Source: Chrysomallon squamiferum
Taxonomy: Eukaryota; Animalia; Mollusca
Direction of reading: 5' to 3'
Length of the DNA: 64,000 nt
Assembly (NCBI GenBank): GCA_012295275.1
Contig: CM022676.1
Coordinates: 6,324,001-6,388,000, forward strand
Made by a program: the position numbers and the translations under genes. The notes under the pieces are model-generated. The model was given only the letters and a program-made list of their open reading frames with translations. It was not told the DNA's origin and did not search any database. This document shows, one piece after another, positions 13,074-52,339 of this stretch (the stretch's first letter is position 1; every line of letters starts with the position of its first letter).

Positions 13074-16000
13074 CATACATATATATATATTATATATATA
13101 TATATATATATTTTTTTTTTTCTGTATATTTGTTTTATTTCCATCATTTTATCATTATTATTATTATCAATAATATTTGTGTTTATTTTCTTTATGTATT
13201 TATAAGTAATAATGTTTTTTGTTTTTGTTTTTTCAGAGAGGTACAAACATCTCCTTCACCACCATCCTCCATTTTAGAATCACGACACAACATCTACGAC
13301 AACGATGAATTTGACATCTTCAGACGACAGGGAGTTGACAAGACAAAAATACATATCGGAAAAAAGTATTTAAAACAAAAATTTTATTACAAAAAAAATA
13401 AACAATAATAATAATACAAAATTAGTAACATACCATTGTAAATATTTTCAGTATTAAAAATAAAGGTTAAAAATATTTTTTTTTTTTTACAAAAATAGAA
13501 AATAATAATAATAATAGTAATAATAAAATAATAATACAAAAGAAATTAGTTTAAATATTATATTTATAATTAATTTTGAAAATGTAGTTTTAAATATTTT
13601 TAATGTTTTATCTTTTTGCAAATGTCATCTATATGTTATTGATATTTCTTGTACTATATATTACATTATTACAGAAATACCAATGACTTGTACAGTATAA
13701 TTTATATTTTATTACAGAAATATCAATATCTTTTACTATAAATTATATATTTTATTAATTTTAATATATTTTATTAGTACAGAATTATCAATATCTTTTG
13801 TACTATATAATAAATATTTTATTATTTTTAATATACTATAATACTATATTATTACAGAAATATTGATGTTTTGTACTATATAATAATTATGTTATTATTT
13901 TTAATGTATTTTATTATTATAGAAATATTGATGTCTTGTACTATATAATAAATATTTTATTATTTTTAATATATTTTATTATTATAGAAATACTGATGTT
14001 TCTTGTAGTATATCATATATATTTTATTATTTTTGATATATTTTATTATTACAGAAATATCGATGAATCTTGTACTTTATAATACACATATACAGTATAT
14101 ATATATTTAATTATTTTTTGCTATATTTTATTATTTCAGAAATATCAATAAATCTTGAACACATATTATAATACACATATATATATATATATTTTATTAT
14201 TTTTAATATATTTTATTTTACAGAAATATTGATAAATCTTGTACTATATATATATATTTTATTATTTTTGACATATTTTATTATTACAGAAATACTGAAG
14301 TTTTGTGTACTATATAATATATATTTAATTATTTTTGATATATTTTGTTATTACAGAAATACTGAAGTTTCTTGTAGTATATAATATATATTTTATTATT
14401 TTTGATATATTTTGTTATTACAGAAATACTGATGTTTCTTGTAGTATATAATATATATTTTATTATTTTTAATATATTTTATTATTACAGAAATACTGAT
14501 GTTTCTTGTAGTATATAATATATATTTAATATTTTTTTTATTTTGTTATTTACTGATGTTTCTTGTAGTATATAATATATATTTTATTATTTTATATATT
14601 TTTTTTACAGAAATATATTTTCTTGTAGTATTTTAATATATTTTATTATTTTTGATATATTTTGTTATTACAGAAATACTGATGTTTCTTGTAGGTATAT
14701 AATATATATTTTATTATTTATGATATATTTTATTATTTTTAATATATTTTATTATTTTTAATATATTTTATTATTTTTGATATATTTTATTATTACAGAA
14801 ATATTGATGTTTCTTGTAGGATATATTATAATATATTTTATATTAATATATATTTTATTATTTTTAATATATTTTATTATTTTTAATATAATTATTTTTA
14901 ATTTATTTTATTATTTAATATATATTTTTTATTTTTGATATATTTTATTATTACAGAAATACTGATGTTTCTTGTAGTATATAATATATATTTTATTATT
15001 TAATATATATTTTATTATTTTTAATATATTTTTTATTTTATGAAATTTTGTTATGAATGTTTCTTGTATATAATATATATTTAATTACATATATTTTGTT
15101 ATATATATTTTCTTTAGTTTTTAATATATTTTAATTATTTTTGATATATTTTGTTATTACAGAAATACTGATGTTTCTTTGTATATAATATATATTTAAT
15201 TATTTTTGATATATTTTTGTTATTACAGAAATACTGATGTTTTTTGTAGTATATAATATATATTTAATTATTTTTATATATTTATTATTACAGAAATACT
15301 GATGTTTTTGTAGTATATAATATATATTTTATTATTTTTGATATATTTTATTATTACAGAAATACTGATGTTTTTGTAGTATATAATATATATTTTATTA
15401 TTTTTGATATATTTTATTATTACAGAAATACTGATGTTTTTTGTAGTATATAATATATATTTTATTATTTTGATATATTTTATTATTTTTAAATATTTTA
15501 TTATTTTTAAGTTTATTTTATTATTTTATAATATATTTTGTTATTACAGAAATACTGAAGTTTCTTGTAGGATATAATATATATATTTTATTATTTATGA
15601 TATATTTTATTATTTTTAATATATTTTATTATTTTTAATATATTTTATTATTTTTGATATATTTTGTTATTTTTGATATATTTTGTTATTACAGAAATAC
15701 TGAAGTTTCTTGTAGTATATAATATATATTTTATTATTTATGATATATTTTATTATTTTAAATATATTTTATTATTTTATGATATATTTTGTTATTACAG
15801 AAATACTGAAGTTTCTTGTAGGATATAATATATATATTTTATTATTTATGATATTTTATTATTTTTAATATATTTAATTATTTTTGCTATATTCTGTTAT
15901 TACAGAAATACTGAAGTTTCGCTGGACGACAAAGACGCTGTGGAGGCAGTCAGGGCCACATACGAAGCTTACGGATCAATGGATGTTCCGAGCATGTACG

Positions 16001-16661
16001 ACAACACGAATGAATACGACTATGATGATGAGTACGATGACACGTACGATGTAAACAACGTTGGTGCTGATGATGCCGATTCAGCTGATGAATTAGCAAG
16101 TAGAAGGTGAGTTGAAGAAATCTCACACATTTTATTGTTGTTTTATATATATATATATGTACATGTATGTGAGTGTGTGTGTGTGTATGTGTGTATTTCT
16201 TAATAATTGATACAAAAAATGATTCATTGTATACTTGTGCATACTTTTGATAAAAATTATATATATATATATATTAAAAGATATATCAATAAATATACTT
16301 TCTGTATGTGTGTTTGTATGTATCTCTGTTTATCTGTATCTTTCTATCTCTATGTATGTGTGTGTGTGTGTGTGTGTATATATCTATCTATCTATATATA
16401 TATATATAAAAATCTATCTTTTATATAATTATATTTAAAAATCAGACACAGTTTTATCTGATAATTTTCATTTTATAGCAGCAAAACGAAAATTAAAAAT
16501 ATTTTAATATCTAAAATCTAACAAGTGCTGGCATCTTGAACTTCTAAATTTTCTTATTAGCCTCAGCATTAAAATTATTATTTTATCACATTTTTGTTTT
16601 TGACATCACTAAATTCATTTGATTTTAATTCAATTTATTTTAACACTTTATTTTTTTTTAA

Positions 16662-16692
<31 letters not shown>

Positions 16693-17943
16693 TATAGACC
16701 TTTTACCATTCCAAGAGTTCTGATGCCAAAAGCAGAGAAACCATTGAAACAAGAATCAGAATCTGAGGTAAAAAAAAAATTTTAAGATTTTATTTTAATT
16801 TTTATTAATATATTTTTCTATCCATCCAAGTATTTACTGTAAAGTATTTTATTCTCTGTTCAACTAATCATCTGGTTTCTGTTTCATAAAATATTTGGAC
16901 AGGAACTCTTGTAGCTGGAACAAATAGATGTTGTTATAAGCCATAAGTTCTTGATGGGTCCAAAATATTTTGGATGAAAAATGTGACGTAAAACATCAGG
17001 GATTATGTTATAACTAGATATGATATCCAGATGTTATACAAATGGAAATTTGATAAAATGCATCACAGATTCTGTTATAACTAGATGTATTATGAGTTAT
17101 AAAACAAAACTTTGAAACTATGATAGAACTAGGTTATTCACAGATATTGTACTGAACTAATTAAAAAAATGAAGCAATATACCAGATGTTACGTTATAAG
17201 TAGATTTACAGTGATTTAAAAACAAATTTTTGAACTGTGATAGAAGTAGATGATTCACAGACATTGTTCAGGACTGATGAAAAATGTGATATTACAGTAT
17301 CAGAGATTTCTGTTATAACTTATAAAACAAAACTTTGAACTATGTTTGAAGTAGATGATACCCAGTTATTGTACAGGACCAGTGAAAATATTATATGATA
17401 ATCCTGAGATTTCTGTTAAAACTAGACATATTATAACTGTAAAAAAAACTTTGAACTTTGACAGAATAGACACCATAATGCATTTTTTTTTCTCGACAGT
17501 AAATAGAAAATTCTATTAATGGTAACATGGGGAATTAAAAATCATGATTGCTATAAAGCAACTTCAGAGATAAATGTATTTATATATGTGTCATAAGGGA
17601 CATTAATAAACTTGTTGTCACTCATTCTGTTTGAATTTAAACTGTTCTGCGGTTATTCCAGGACTCGGATGAAGGGAAGCCACAAGATCAGTTTGTTTCC
17701 GATCCTGCCAAACTTAGAGCAGAAGCAGACGCCAGACGTCAGTTAAAAATGGGTCAAGGTCGCAGAGGTCAAAAGCCCACTGCTGCTCCTCCAAAATACG
17801 ATGTCAAGGGCAACCCTAAAGGTCAAGGTCAGGATGACAAGGTGTTGAAGAACAGACAGTTCAAGGAGAAGAACAAAGGTGGGCGAGCAAATCACAACAG
17901 AAGAATGATGTCGGACAAGAAGAAGGCGAAAGGGATGTTTTGA
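4234..17943 (+). CDS. ASCC2: Activating signal cointegrator 1 complex subunit 2 (CUE-domain ubiquitin-binding protein), 16 exons traced
   Basis: Exons: 4234-4311 (MTVIPLDK...VPAL), 4770-4931 (HPK...EWLERIQFIAEDL..LLQMPHEKFWCQ), 5583-5641, 6327-6438 (LRLATHKESK), 7022-7219 (LYENFIFDVPKLLDLCVLYGKGN), 7942-8171, 8504-8578, 9067-9175 (apparent frameshift), 9616-9687, 10636-10900, 11875-11979, 12455-12558, 13237-13365 (RHNIYDNDEFDIF), 15906-16106 (YDDEYDDTYD), 16698-16767 (RPFTIPRVL), 17662-17943 (RANHNRR..SDKKKAKGMF*). Confidence 0.95.
7189..7700 (+). repeat. 63/71-bp tandem repeat duplicating the 3' end and splice donor of ASCC2 exon 5
   Basis: Unit tttgagaacaaccattcccacaattatacag|gtttgtagttatctctctttgccattttgtga; CAG|GT junctions at 7219, 7282, 7345, 7416, 7479, 7550 and 7657; an 'n' at 7580. 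Confidence 0.93.
10125..10206. repeat. (ATATA)n pentanucleotide microsatellite
   Basis: Perfect tataa repeats. Confidence 0.95.
11570..11850. repeat. Intronic direct duplication (~125 bp, 2-3 diverged copies)
   Basis: aatgacattttcattttaatcatgga...cttac/tat..tacttttt recurs at ~11641 and ~11756. Confidence 0.7.
11875..12558 (+). CDS. ASCC2: ASCC2 CUE domain (exons 11875-11979 and 12455-12558)
   Basis: ELDSLISAVKDLLPDLGDGFIE|LVLEEFNYNLEKVVNVLLEDKLPPSL, matching the ASCC2 CUE signature. Confidence 0.92.
13660..15920 (+). repeat. AT-rich ~65-70-bp minisatellite made of copies of the acceptor and first bases of the ASCC2 exon at 15906
   Basis: Recurrent ttattacag|aaatactga(t/a)gtttc, more than 20 copies; the last copy (15901-15920) is the real acceptor leading into SLDDKD. 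Confidence 0.92.
16965..17470. repeat. Diverged intronic tandem repeat in the last ASCC2 intron
   Basis: Recurring ttataactagat, aaaacaaaactttgaactatg, agatgattcacaga and caggac..gatgaaaa. Confidence 0.7.
17662..17943 (+). CDS. ASCC2: ASCC2 terminal coding exon
   Basis: Acceptor ttccag before 17662; DQFVSDPAKLR...KGGRANHNRRMMSDKKKAKGMF, TGA at 17941-17943. Confidence 0.93.
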   Translation, partial: DSDEGKPQDQFVSDPAKLRAEADARRQLKMGQGRRGQKPTAAPPKYDVKGNPKGQGQDDKVLKNRQFKEKNKGGRANHNRRMMSDKKKAKGMF

Positions 17944-19249
17944 TGTTCATGAATTTCCACACATTCAAGATATTTTCACACATTCGTGACTTTTTTTCAC
18001 ATAATAATGTAATAAGATGTTCTGGTATGGATATTGATAAAGTTACAGAAAATAAACAAACTGCAAGAAATATGTTTTGTGAGGTAAATTGAATGTTCTG
18101 ATTTCATGATTTTATACATATTGATGTTTTTTTCAGCTAATAATGTAATAAAATAAATTGTTTTACAATATTGATATTCGTGGAATTTTCAGTAAAATAA
18201 CAAAAATGGAAGAAATATGTTTGGTAAGAAGGTAAATGTGAATGTTAACAATGTTCATGAATTTTCACAAATTCATAACTGTTTCATTAATAATGTAGTA
18301 TAAATTATGTTTATGATTTCTGACTAATGTTCACAAACTTTTTATGAATGTTCAGAAGTATTCATGAATTTCTCAAAAAAATAAATAAATAATAACATCT
18401 CTGAATTTTCCTGTGATCACCAACTAAAAAAACCCAGATTATTCTGACTTCTGAACTAATGTCAGTATGATCACGAATATTCCAGTATGATTTATGAATT
18501 TTTCTAGTTTTAATGTTCATGACTTTCCACTAATCATGACTTTCATCAAATCAGTATGGATTTATGAATGATCATAAACTTACACCGAAAATATGCTGTT
18601 AATTTAATTTTCTTCATTTCAATTTATTAAAATCACTACTACAGAATTGATGGTATTGTATTTTGTTTAAGGAATATATTGTAAAATACTGTAAAATCAG
18701 AAAATACTTACATTGCTAGAAAAACCAGAAATGTTGTTAAAAATAAATAATATTTTGTTTTTAGATTTAGACTGAAATGTTCAACAAAAATGATTTTCTT
18801 CACTTTAAAGTGTTGAATGTTCTGTGTATTTCATTCTGTAGTGATGAGGATAACATTAATTTAATTCTGTTTTGATGACTGAATATTCAAAAATTTCTTT
18901 ATTATTATTATTTAAAATGATGAATTTTTCATTTAAAAAACTGAAGAAGAAGAAGAAAAAAACAACCCCTTCTTCTTTTGAAATAAAAAGAACAAACGAG
19001 TGTTTTATTTTTAGTTGTATTTATTACACATACATCATCATAAGACAGTTCTACATTTTTCTATTCACACTCAGCACACGCTCTGGCTGGCACGACAACA
19101 GTCTCCATAGCAACCAGACAGAATTAATGGCGCTTATTTTCTTTCTTAAATAATACTACACACATTATGTTTTTTTTTTTAAACAAACATTTTACACCAG
19201 ACATATATATAAAACTTTTTTTTTTCTCTCTCAGATCTATAGATGCAAA

Positions 19250-19720
19250 AGTGAATGGTTTTAAAATGTCATGCATATTTTTTTGAAATAAAATTTATTA
19301 ATAATACCAGAAGCTAAGGGAGAAGAATATAAATATGAAATTTATTTTCATTTGATGCTATTTTATTGAGTTTGTGGCTTTTTTTTTAAAAAGAACACAC
19401 CATATTTTATAAATAAATGAAAAAAATGTACTAATACTGCAAGCTATAAAGTTGAAAAAAATTTAAAATTTTGAAATTTCATTTTCATAAGATGCCATTT
19501 TATTGAGTTGTGATTTTTTTGTAAATATAATAATTTATTAATACTGAAAGTTAAGGTGAGATAGATTAAAATATGAAATTTATTTTCAATTCATGCTAAT
19601 TTATTGAGTTGTGCCTTTTTTAAAGACTTATTTTTTATCAGAGAAAGCTAAGATGAAAAAAGATAAAGATATAAAGTTTATTTTTGCATCAAGCTCAATT
19701 ATTTTTTTATGTGCCTATTT
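19250..19720. repeat. Diverged ~120-bp tandem repeat (about 4 copies)
   Basis: aatatgaaatttattttca..tgatgcta.tttattgagttgtg recurs at ~19332, ~19470, ~19571 and ~19670. Confidence 0.7.
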
Positions 19721-21028
19721 TAAAAGTATACATTCTTAATTTTATTCCATTTTAAGAAGAAAAACGTAAGTAAAATTTACTTCTTTCTTAATATATTTAT
19801 GTTATATGCCATTTTAGAAGTATGCAGATTTTGAAACAACAGCATCAGCAGCAGAAACTTCATCATCATATCAGTTACTGTCTGGTTTTAAAATAACATT
19901 TCAGCTTGACAGTACTTGAAATAATAAATAATGTGTCATTTTGTAAATACACAAATTCAGAATTGATCACTGTGGTTACAATTTCATTACAAATGTCTGA
20001 AATGTTATTTTTAATAATTTAATAATATTTAAAAAAAAAATTCACTTTCATTATTTCTGTTTGTGCTGTTTATAAAATTATTTCTAATCATTAAATAAAA
20101 CTTAAAACCCTCAGAAATATGCCTTTTTGGGAGAACTATATTTTTATTATGTTCCTTGTAATTGTCAGTGTTATTTATGAAGTTATTCCCAATGACTTAG
20201 TAATATCTGAAAATATCCAGAAATATGTTGCTTTGGAAGTTTATGAATTCTGAGCTACACCGGTCACTACAGTTACATCATCATTAACTCAACGTCTATG
20301 ATGATGATATCTAAAATAACATATCTTTCTCTTAACATTAAAAAAGGCATCTAATGCTGTACAGCTTAAAAACTAAAATAAAAAAGGGGATAAAAAAAAG
20401 ACACCCACCCAAAACACTCCTATTTGTATTTTTTTATTTTAATACTGGCAAACACCCCATTCCTAACTGTTTGCTGTTAAAACCTTTGTATCAGCAAAGA
20501 TACCTCTACAATAATTTAAAAAACAAATTATTACTGGATAGAAAACAAATTAATCAAAATTTAATTTTTAAGATGCAAATCTAATTAACTCAAAAACAAA
20601 AGAATAATAAAAAAAAAAAATTTAATTTTAAAATAAATGAAATTTTTTAATTCTGGTATTTAAGCACTGGTTTTATTAACTTTAGTAAAAACTGTATTTG
20701 CAACAGCTATATGTGTGTGTATATACACATGTGAGTGTGTGACTGTGTGTGTGTGTGTTGTAATTATATAATGTTAAAATGATTTGATTCTTAGATGTCT
20801 ACATATTATTAATTACATTAGCAAAATTAAGAAACAGAACATATCTTTTTGTCAGGTCTGTATCTAATCGCTATTTGATTTATGCAGAATAAATAAAAAG
20901 GACTAGTCATTAGAAAAATCTATATGCAAAAAAAAAAAAAAAAAAAAAAATTTAAAAAAAATTGTTGATGACTAGAAAATGATGAGGTGAGTATAGTTTT
21001 CAAAATATCACTGTTGGGAAGCTGTATG

Positions 21029-21166
21029 AAATTCAGGAGAGCTAGAAAGTCACTCTCCTGAATTTACTAGGCGAGCTTTTTCCTGGGATTAGCATAGTCG
21101 AGGTGCACCTGTTTTCTTTATTAATAGGTGCAGTGAGCACCTGATATTCAGGTGCACAGGTGCTCA
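21029..21166. other. Cluster of perfect inverted repeats (potential hairpins)
   Basis: aaattcaggagag (21029-41)/ctctcctgaattt (21053-65); palindrome aggtgcacct (21101-10); tgagcacctg (21134-43)/caggtgctca (21157-66) with alternative inner stem gcacctga/tcaggtgc. Confidence 0.85.
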
Positions 21167-21509
21167 TGAACACCTTAAGCAATATGTGTTAAGAAGTTAA
21201 AATATTTGTCTGTTTTTTTTTTTTTTTTTTTTCATTATGATGGTGATATTTAAGAATTTTTATTTTGTATAATTTTCAATTCATTTTTAGCTGGATTAAG
21301 AATTCAAAACGGATAAAGATTTTTGAGTTTTCTAGATAAAGAATTTTACATTACTTAAAATAACACAATATTTTTTTAACTGGTTGTCGATACTAATGTT
21401 TTGGTTTTTTTTCCCCCTAAATTATAAATTTTTATCTCATTTTTTTAAAACTTTTATTTTATTTTATTGTTATTTTTTATTTAAAAATTTTCATTTTGTT
21501 TCAACCAAT

Positions 21510-22080
21510 CAGAAAGAACGTGGGCACTCCCTCAATTTTATCCTCTGGTGTGATCTCTGCAACTTTGACCCAGTAGATGTTTCCAATAAAAAAATTATTG
21601 CAATTTTGGATAAAGATTGATTTACAAATGGAGTTGTATTTTCATCCAAGGCCCATCAACAGTTGGAAAGAGTGGGGAAAGATGAAAGATTCACTTTTGA
21701 AAGTTACATGGGAAAAACGGATCATTCTGATTGATGAATGCAATATTACATGCACTACTGTTGAAAGATACACAAGCGCCTCCTTAGTGGAAATGATGTT
21801 GAGGTGGAAATAAAAATGCAAACCACCTCAAAACATTACTAACACACCAGCAACAATAAGCCAAGTTTCAGTTTGACAGCATCTGATATGGAAGCAGTTA
21901 ATAACTGTATCTACCGAATACTGACTGACGAAGATCCAGAGTTATTAAAGAATTGATGCAAAATTTCCTCTGAACCCGAAGATGTGGGTTGTACTATTTG
22001 ACTTCTTTGAAAGACCTGAAAGAGGAAACTATGATTGGACTGCTTTTACGATGACCCTGAATATGAAAAGTTCAACAATC
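21510..22080 (+). pseudogene. Decayed superfamily-3 helicase, parvovirus/densovirus NS1-like endogenous viral element
   Basis: Frameshifted but collinear motifs: IIAILDK; SCIFIQGPSTVGKS (Walker A, 21632-21673); ERFTFESYMG/KRIILIDEC (Walker B, ~21718-21741); KRLLSGNDVEVEIKMQ (B'); TSNNKP (motif C, ~21846-21863); FPLNPKMWVVLF. No introns. Confidence 0.75.
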
Positions 22081-24967
22081 ACCACCGAAGCATGTGTTCA
22101 CACTGACGAAGCTCGTGAAAGTTGCCGAAGTGGTTGACGAGGAAAAAAAACATCGTCATCAGATGAACTGAAAACTGTTACACACAAAAGTTTACTCTTT
22201 TGGGTTATTTATTAAAAAGACAATTTCTGCTTGGTTTTGGTATCTGGGGGTGGGGGTAAATCAGTGGAGTGCCCAACTGACTGGTGACTATGTAAATGAC
22301 CAGAAGTGCCAAATTGAGTGGAAATAATTGAGTGACGGAAGTGACTAAAAAGACAATTCATTAATTATTCAGATTAAAATAAGATTAACATAGTAATTCA
22401 TTCTTAATTTAAATTCTGACGTCACTTAAGACAATAAAAAAATCTAATTACTTTTATAATCAGGATTTTCATACAAACCGATTCATATTCTTTTATCAGT
22501 TACGATGACCAAATATGTAAGAGATTTTATATTAATTAAAAACAGACAAACACTTTAAATTCTTAACAGATAACGAACTGATATGAATCAGATAATAAAT
22601 ACTGATAATTAATTTAAAAAAAAAAAACATTGTAAAAAAAAATAAATCATAAAATAATGTTTTGGGTGAAAGGATGTATATTATAAAAAAAAAAAAAAAA
22701 TGAAAAAAAATAAAAAGAATTATTTGCGTCAACACTATATATAATCATTATCCACAAAATCAAATTCTAATTTATTTTAAAAAAAAAAAAAAAAAAAAAA
22801 ATATTCGTACACTATATATAAAAATATAACTTAGGTGAAAAGAGGAATAACTTTGCAAAGGGAGGTAAAAAAAAAAAAAAAAAAAAAAAAAAGAAAATGG
22901 CTAATATAGTTGACAAATATGGGTTAAATACGCTGTTATAATGAAAGCATGAGTAACACTACTCAATTAGAAGCATACACAATTTACACCAAGAAATACA
23001 CACAAAACATAGCAACTTTCTTTCTGTCAATATATACACTTAAACAACTTATGTTTCCAGCACACACTTATAGTATTATTATTATGACACAGAATGATTA
23101 AAATGCATCAATTTCAGGCAAAATATCTGTTAAAAAATAGAACGAAGAAATGTAAACAAATGGTTAAATATTAACATTCAGGGATACTTTTGGCCCAGTG
23201 TTGTAACATGTTTAATTATAGCAACAAGGGAGATAACTCACATTCCAACTATTTATAGTAACATGTTCCTCAAAACGCTATGTGTTATAAATGGAATATA
23301 CTGAAAGCTAACATTCAAGCTATTTATAGTAGTGTATTCCCTTAAAACTATTCGTTATAAATACAGATACATAAAAAGCAAACACCGAAAAATTGTGGCG
23401 TATTTTTCGAAATATTCATTTTTTACATTAAACAACAGGGGAAGCAATCTGATTTACAAAATATATAATTATTTTACACATGTAAAAACAAAATAAAACA
23501 AGGGGTTTAAAAATTGTATTAGTATTTAAAATAGCACATATAACGACGGTTCTAAGCAAATAATTTATCTCGGAACACACAAAAAAAATTCAATTTCTTT
23601 TTCTTCGTACTCAGCCATATAAATATACAACAACGACTTTTTAAAATTGCATTTGGTTTCCATGGTGTTTTTTTGTTTTGTATTTTGTTTCTTCTTCTTT
23701 CTTCTTTTTTTTTGAAATAAAAATCCTCTTCACAATGGGCTGTTAAAACAATGGTTCACAATCTCATTTACAAGAATATATACTGAACATTTTGTCTTCA
23801 TTCTTCCCATATCGTTTTTTTTTTTGTTTTTATCCAAATGAAACTTTCAGGACACTTGGTGTCCAAGTTTCAAAATATACAGTAGAATTATTATGGTGTG
23901 TTTATATGTATATTGTCTTTGGCATAAGATATCCATGTAACACATTCCATTATAATGTTTCTTCAAAGTTCACAAAAAAACATTGTCATCATCACCATAA
24001 AGTATTTTATTTATGCACGCTTTTCCTGGACATCTTTACAAGTATGATACTGTAAGTAGCACTTTCATGTAAGTTAAGTTATGCCCCTTGCTTTCCAGGG
24101 AGCAAAGGTCATCATCTATAAAGGGTCCCCCAATAAACAGGACTTTGAGTCTCAGATGAAAAGATTAAATATTTTGTTAATATTTTGAAATACAAAAAAA
24201 AACACAAGTTATTAACCACTTTGGTATTATATATTTATAATATTGCACACATTTGTCTTATTTACATATATAAGTTATGTTTTCCTATACGCCATTATAA
24301 ATTCTGTTAGATTTTATATTCAACTATTTACACATCGTATTTTAATTTTGAGATTTAATTCGACGCAGGTTGTAAGAGTTTGACTCTTGATGTATTTAGA
24401 ATAATTAATTAATTAAGATTGAAATTCTGTTAATTAGGGGAAAAAAAAAAATGATGTTTTAGGATGATAATTTAAATAAATATTCATGATAAACATTATG
24501 TATATTATACATATTAATGAGAATCAAGAAATCTTATTCATGAAACTCTAGAATATCTAATACATATTCATGAGCAGGAAGAATTATTTAGTATGTAAAT
24601 CTAATGAAAATCTATCAGTGCTTCATACATATTCATTAGAATATGAAGTAACTCATACATATTGATAAGAAGATCTGTTTTTTTTTAATGCTTTAGTTAG
24701 AAATTCTTTAAAAAAAAAAATCTTTTATATTCGTAAGAACAAAATATTTCCCCACACATATTAATATACACAAGAAACAAGGACTGTTTCATGCATAGCA
24801 ATAAGTAACTTGTTAATATTTGTGAGAAACAAGATAACATATCATACATATTCATAAGGAACAAAACTTTTATAAAAAAGAAGAAAAAAGAAACTGAAAC
24901 AGTTTTAACATTATCTGAACACTATGAAATGAGAGGTAGCATGAACAGGTAAATTAATTAAATTATA

Positions 24968-25019
<52 letters not shown>

Positions 25020-25319
25020 TTCATACTGAACAAAAACGTTAAGGATTGTGAAATACTTGATATACTTATAAAACAATAAGACATATAAAATGGATAAAAA
25101 TCATTATCATGGGAAAAACCCAACAATAATAATAAATAAAAAGAAAAATAAGAAAAATACAAAAAAAAAGAAGAAAAAAAAAACATCATAAGACTCTTTT
25201 AATTAGCATAAATTAATTTCCAGTCAATTCAATATTTCTGTGATATTTCTGAAAATAACATGGACAAATATTTTATAATCCATAACTTTTTTGTTCAGTA
25301 TACTTGTGACATTCTGCTT

Positions 25320-26110
25320 AATTTTGATTCTTGCTCATTTTGTTCCAATTTTGCATAAGTTTTATTTCAAAGTGGCCTAATCAAAAAAAATATTTTTAAA
25401 ATCTAAGATTGAGCAGTAAAATTTACAACTTTTCACTCACATTACTTTTATAAAATATTTAATTAATAAATCATTGTTTGACTTAAGCTCCTATACATTC
25501 TCACTGATCAGTTTAAATTAATAAATTAAAACCAAAGAACATTCAATGATTCATTTGCATTTTTGAATATTGTTGACCATTTTATTGTAGGTTTTTCCAA
25601 AATCAGAGAGTTATTTCTAAATACTCGTTAATTATTATAAATTTTTTATTTTCATATCTTTTCTTTATCTTATTGATAAATAAAATAATTTCTTTAAATT
25701 TTATTTTTTTACTATTTATCAATCTTGTTCATGCTAAATATTAATTAAAAAAAACAATTTGTTTTTTAATTCTATCAATACTGAAAAAATTTACAATGTA
25801 AATTAATCAATAATATCAATTTTTCTATTACTTATGAATCTTGCTCATTTTAAACACTTATTAAAAAAAAACAAATCTAAATATTTAAGTACTGCCAATA
25901 ATTTAAAAATCTACTTCTTATCAATCGCTCTTACGTTAAATGCTAATAAAAAAATAAAAAATAAAAATATTTTGGTTCTGTCAATAACATAAAAATTTAT
26001 ATGTTAATATTTCAACTTCTTAGCAATTCTGCTCATATTAAATGCTAATTAAAAAAAAAAGGTCAATAATTTAAAAATTTACAATGTAAATCGAACAATA
26101 ATTAATTATT
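25320..26110. repeat. Diverged AT-rich tandem repeat immediately downstream of the RhoGAP stop (3' UTR)
   Basis: Recurring tcttgctcat..taaatgctaattaaaaaaaa and aaaatttacaatgtaaat. Confidence 0.6.
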
Positions 26111-26141
26111 ATATTTTTTAACACCTGTATTATCGATATCA

Positions 26142-52208
<26,067 letters not shown>

Positions 52209-52339
52209 CTGAAACAAACAGTCAGAAATTAAGTCAATAACTATGGTAAAAATAACAAAAATTTAGAAATAAATAATCAAGATACATCCTCAAAGTTGTA
52301 GCTAAAAAAAAAAAAAAAAATACAAAAAAAAAAATAATA

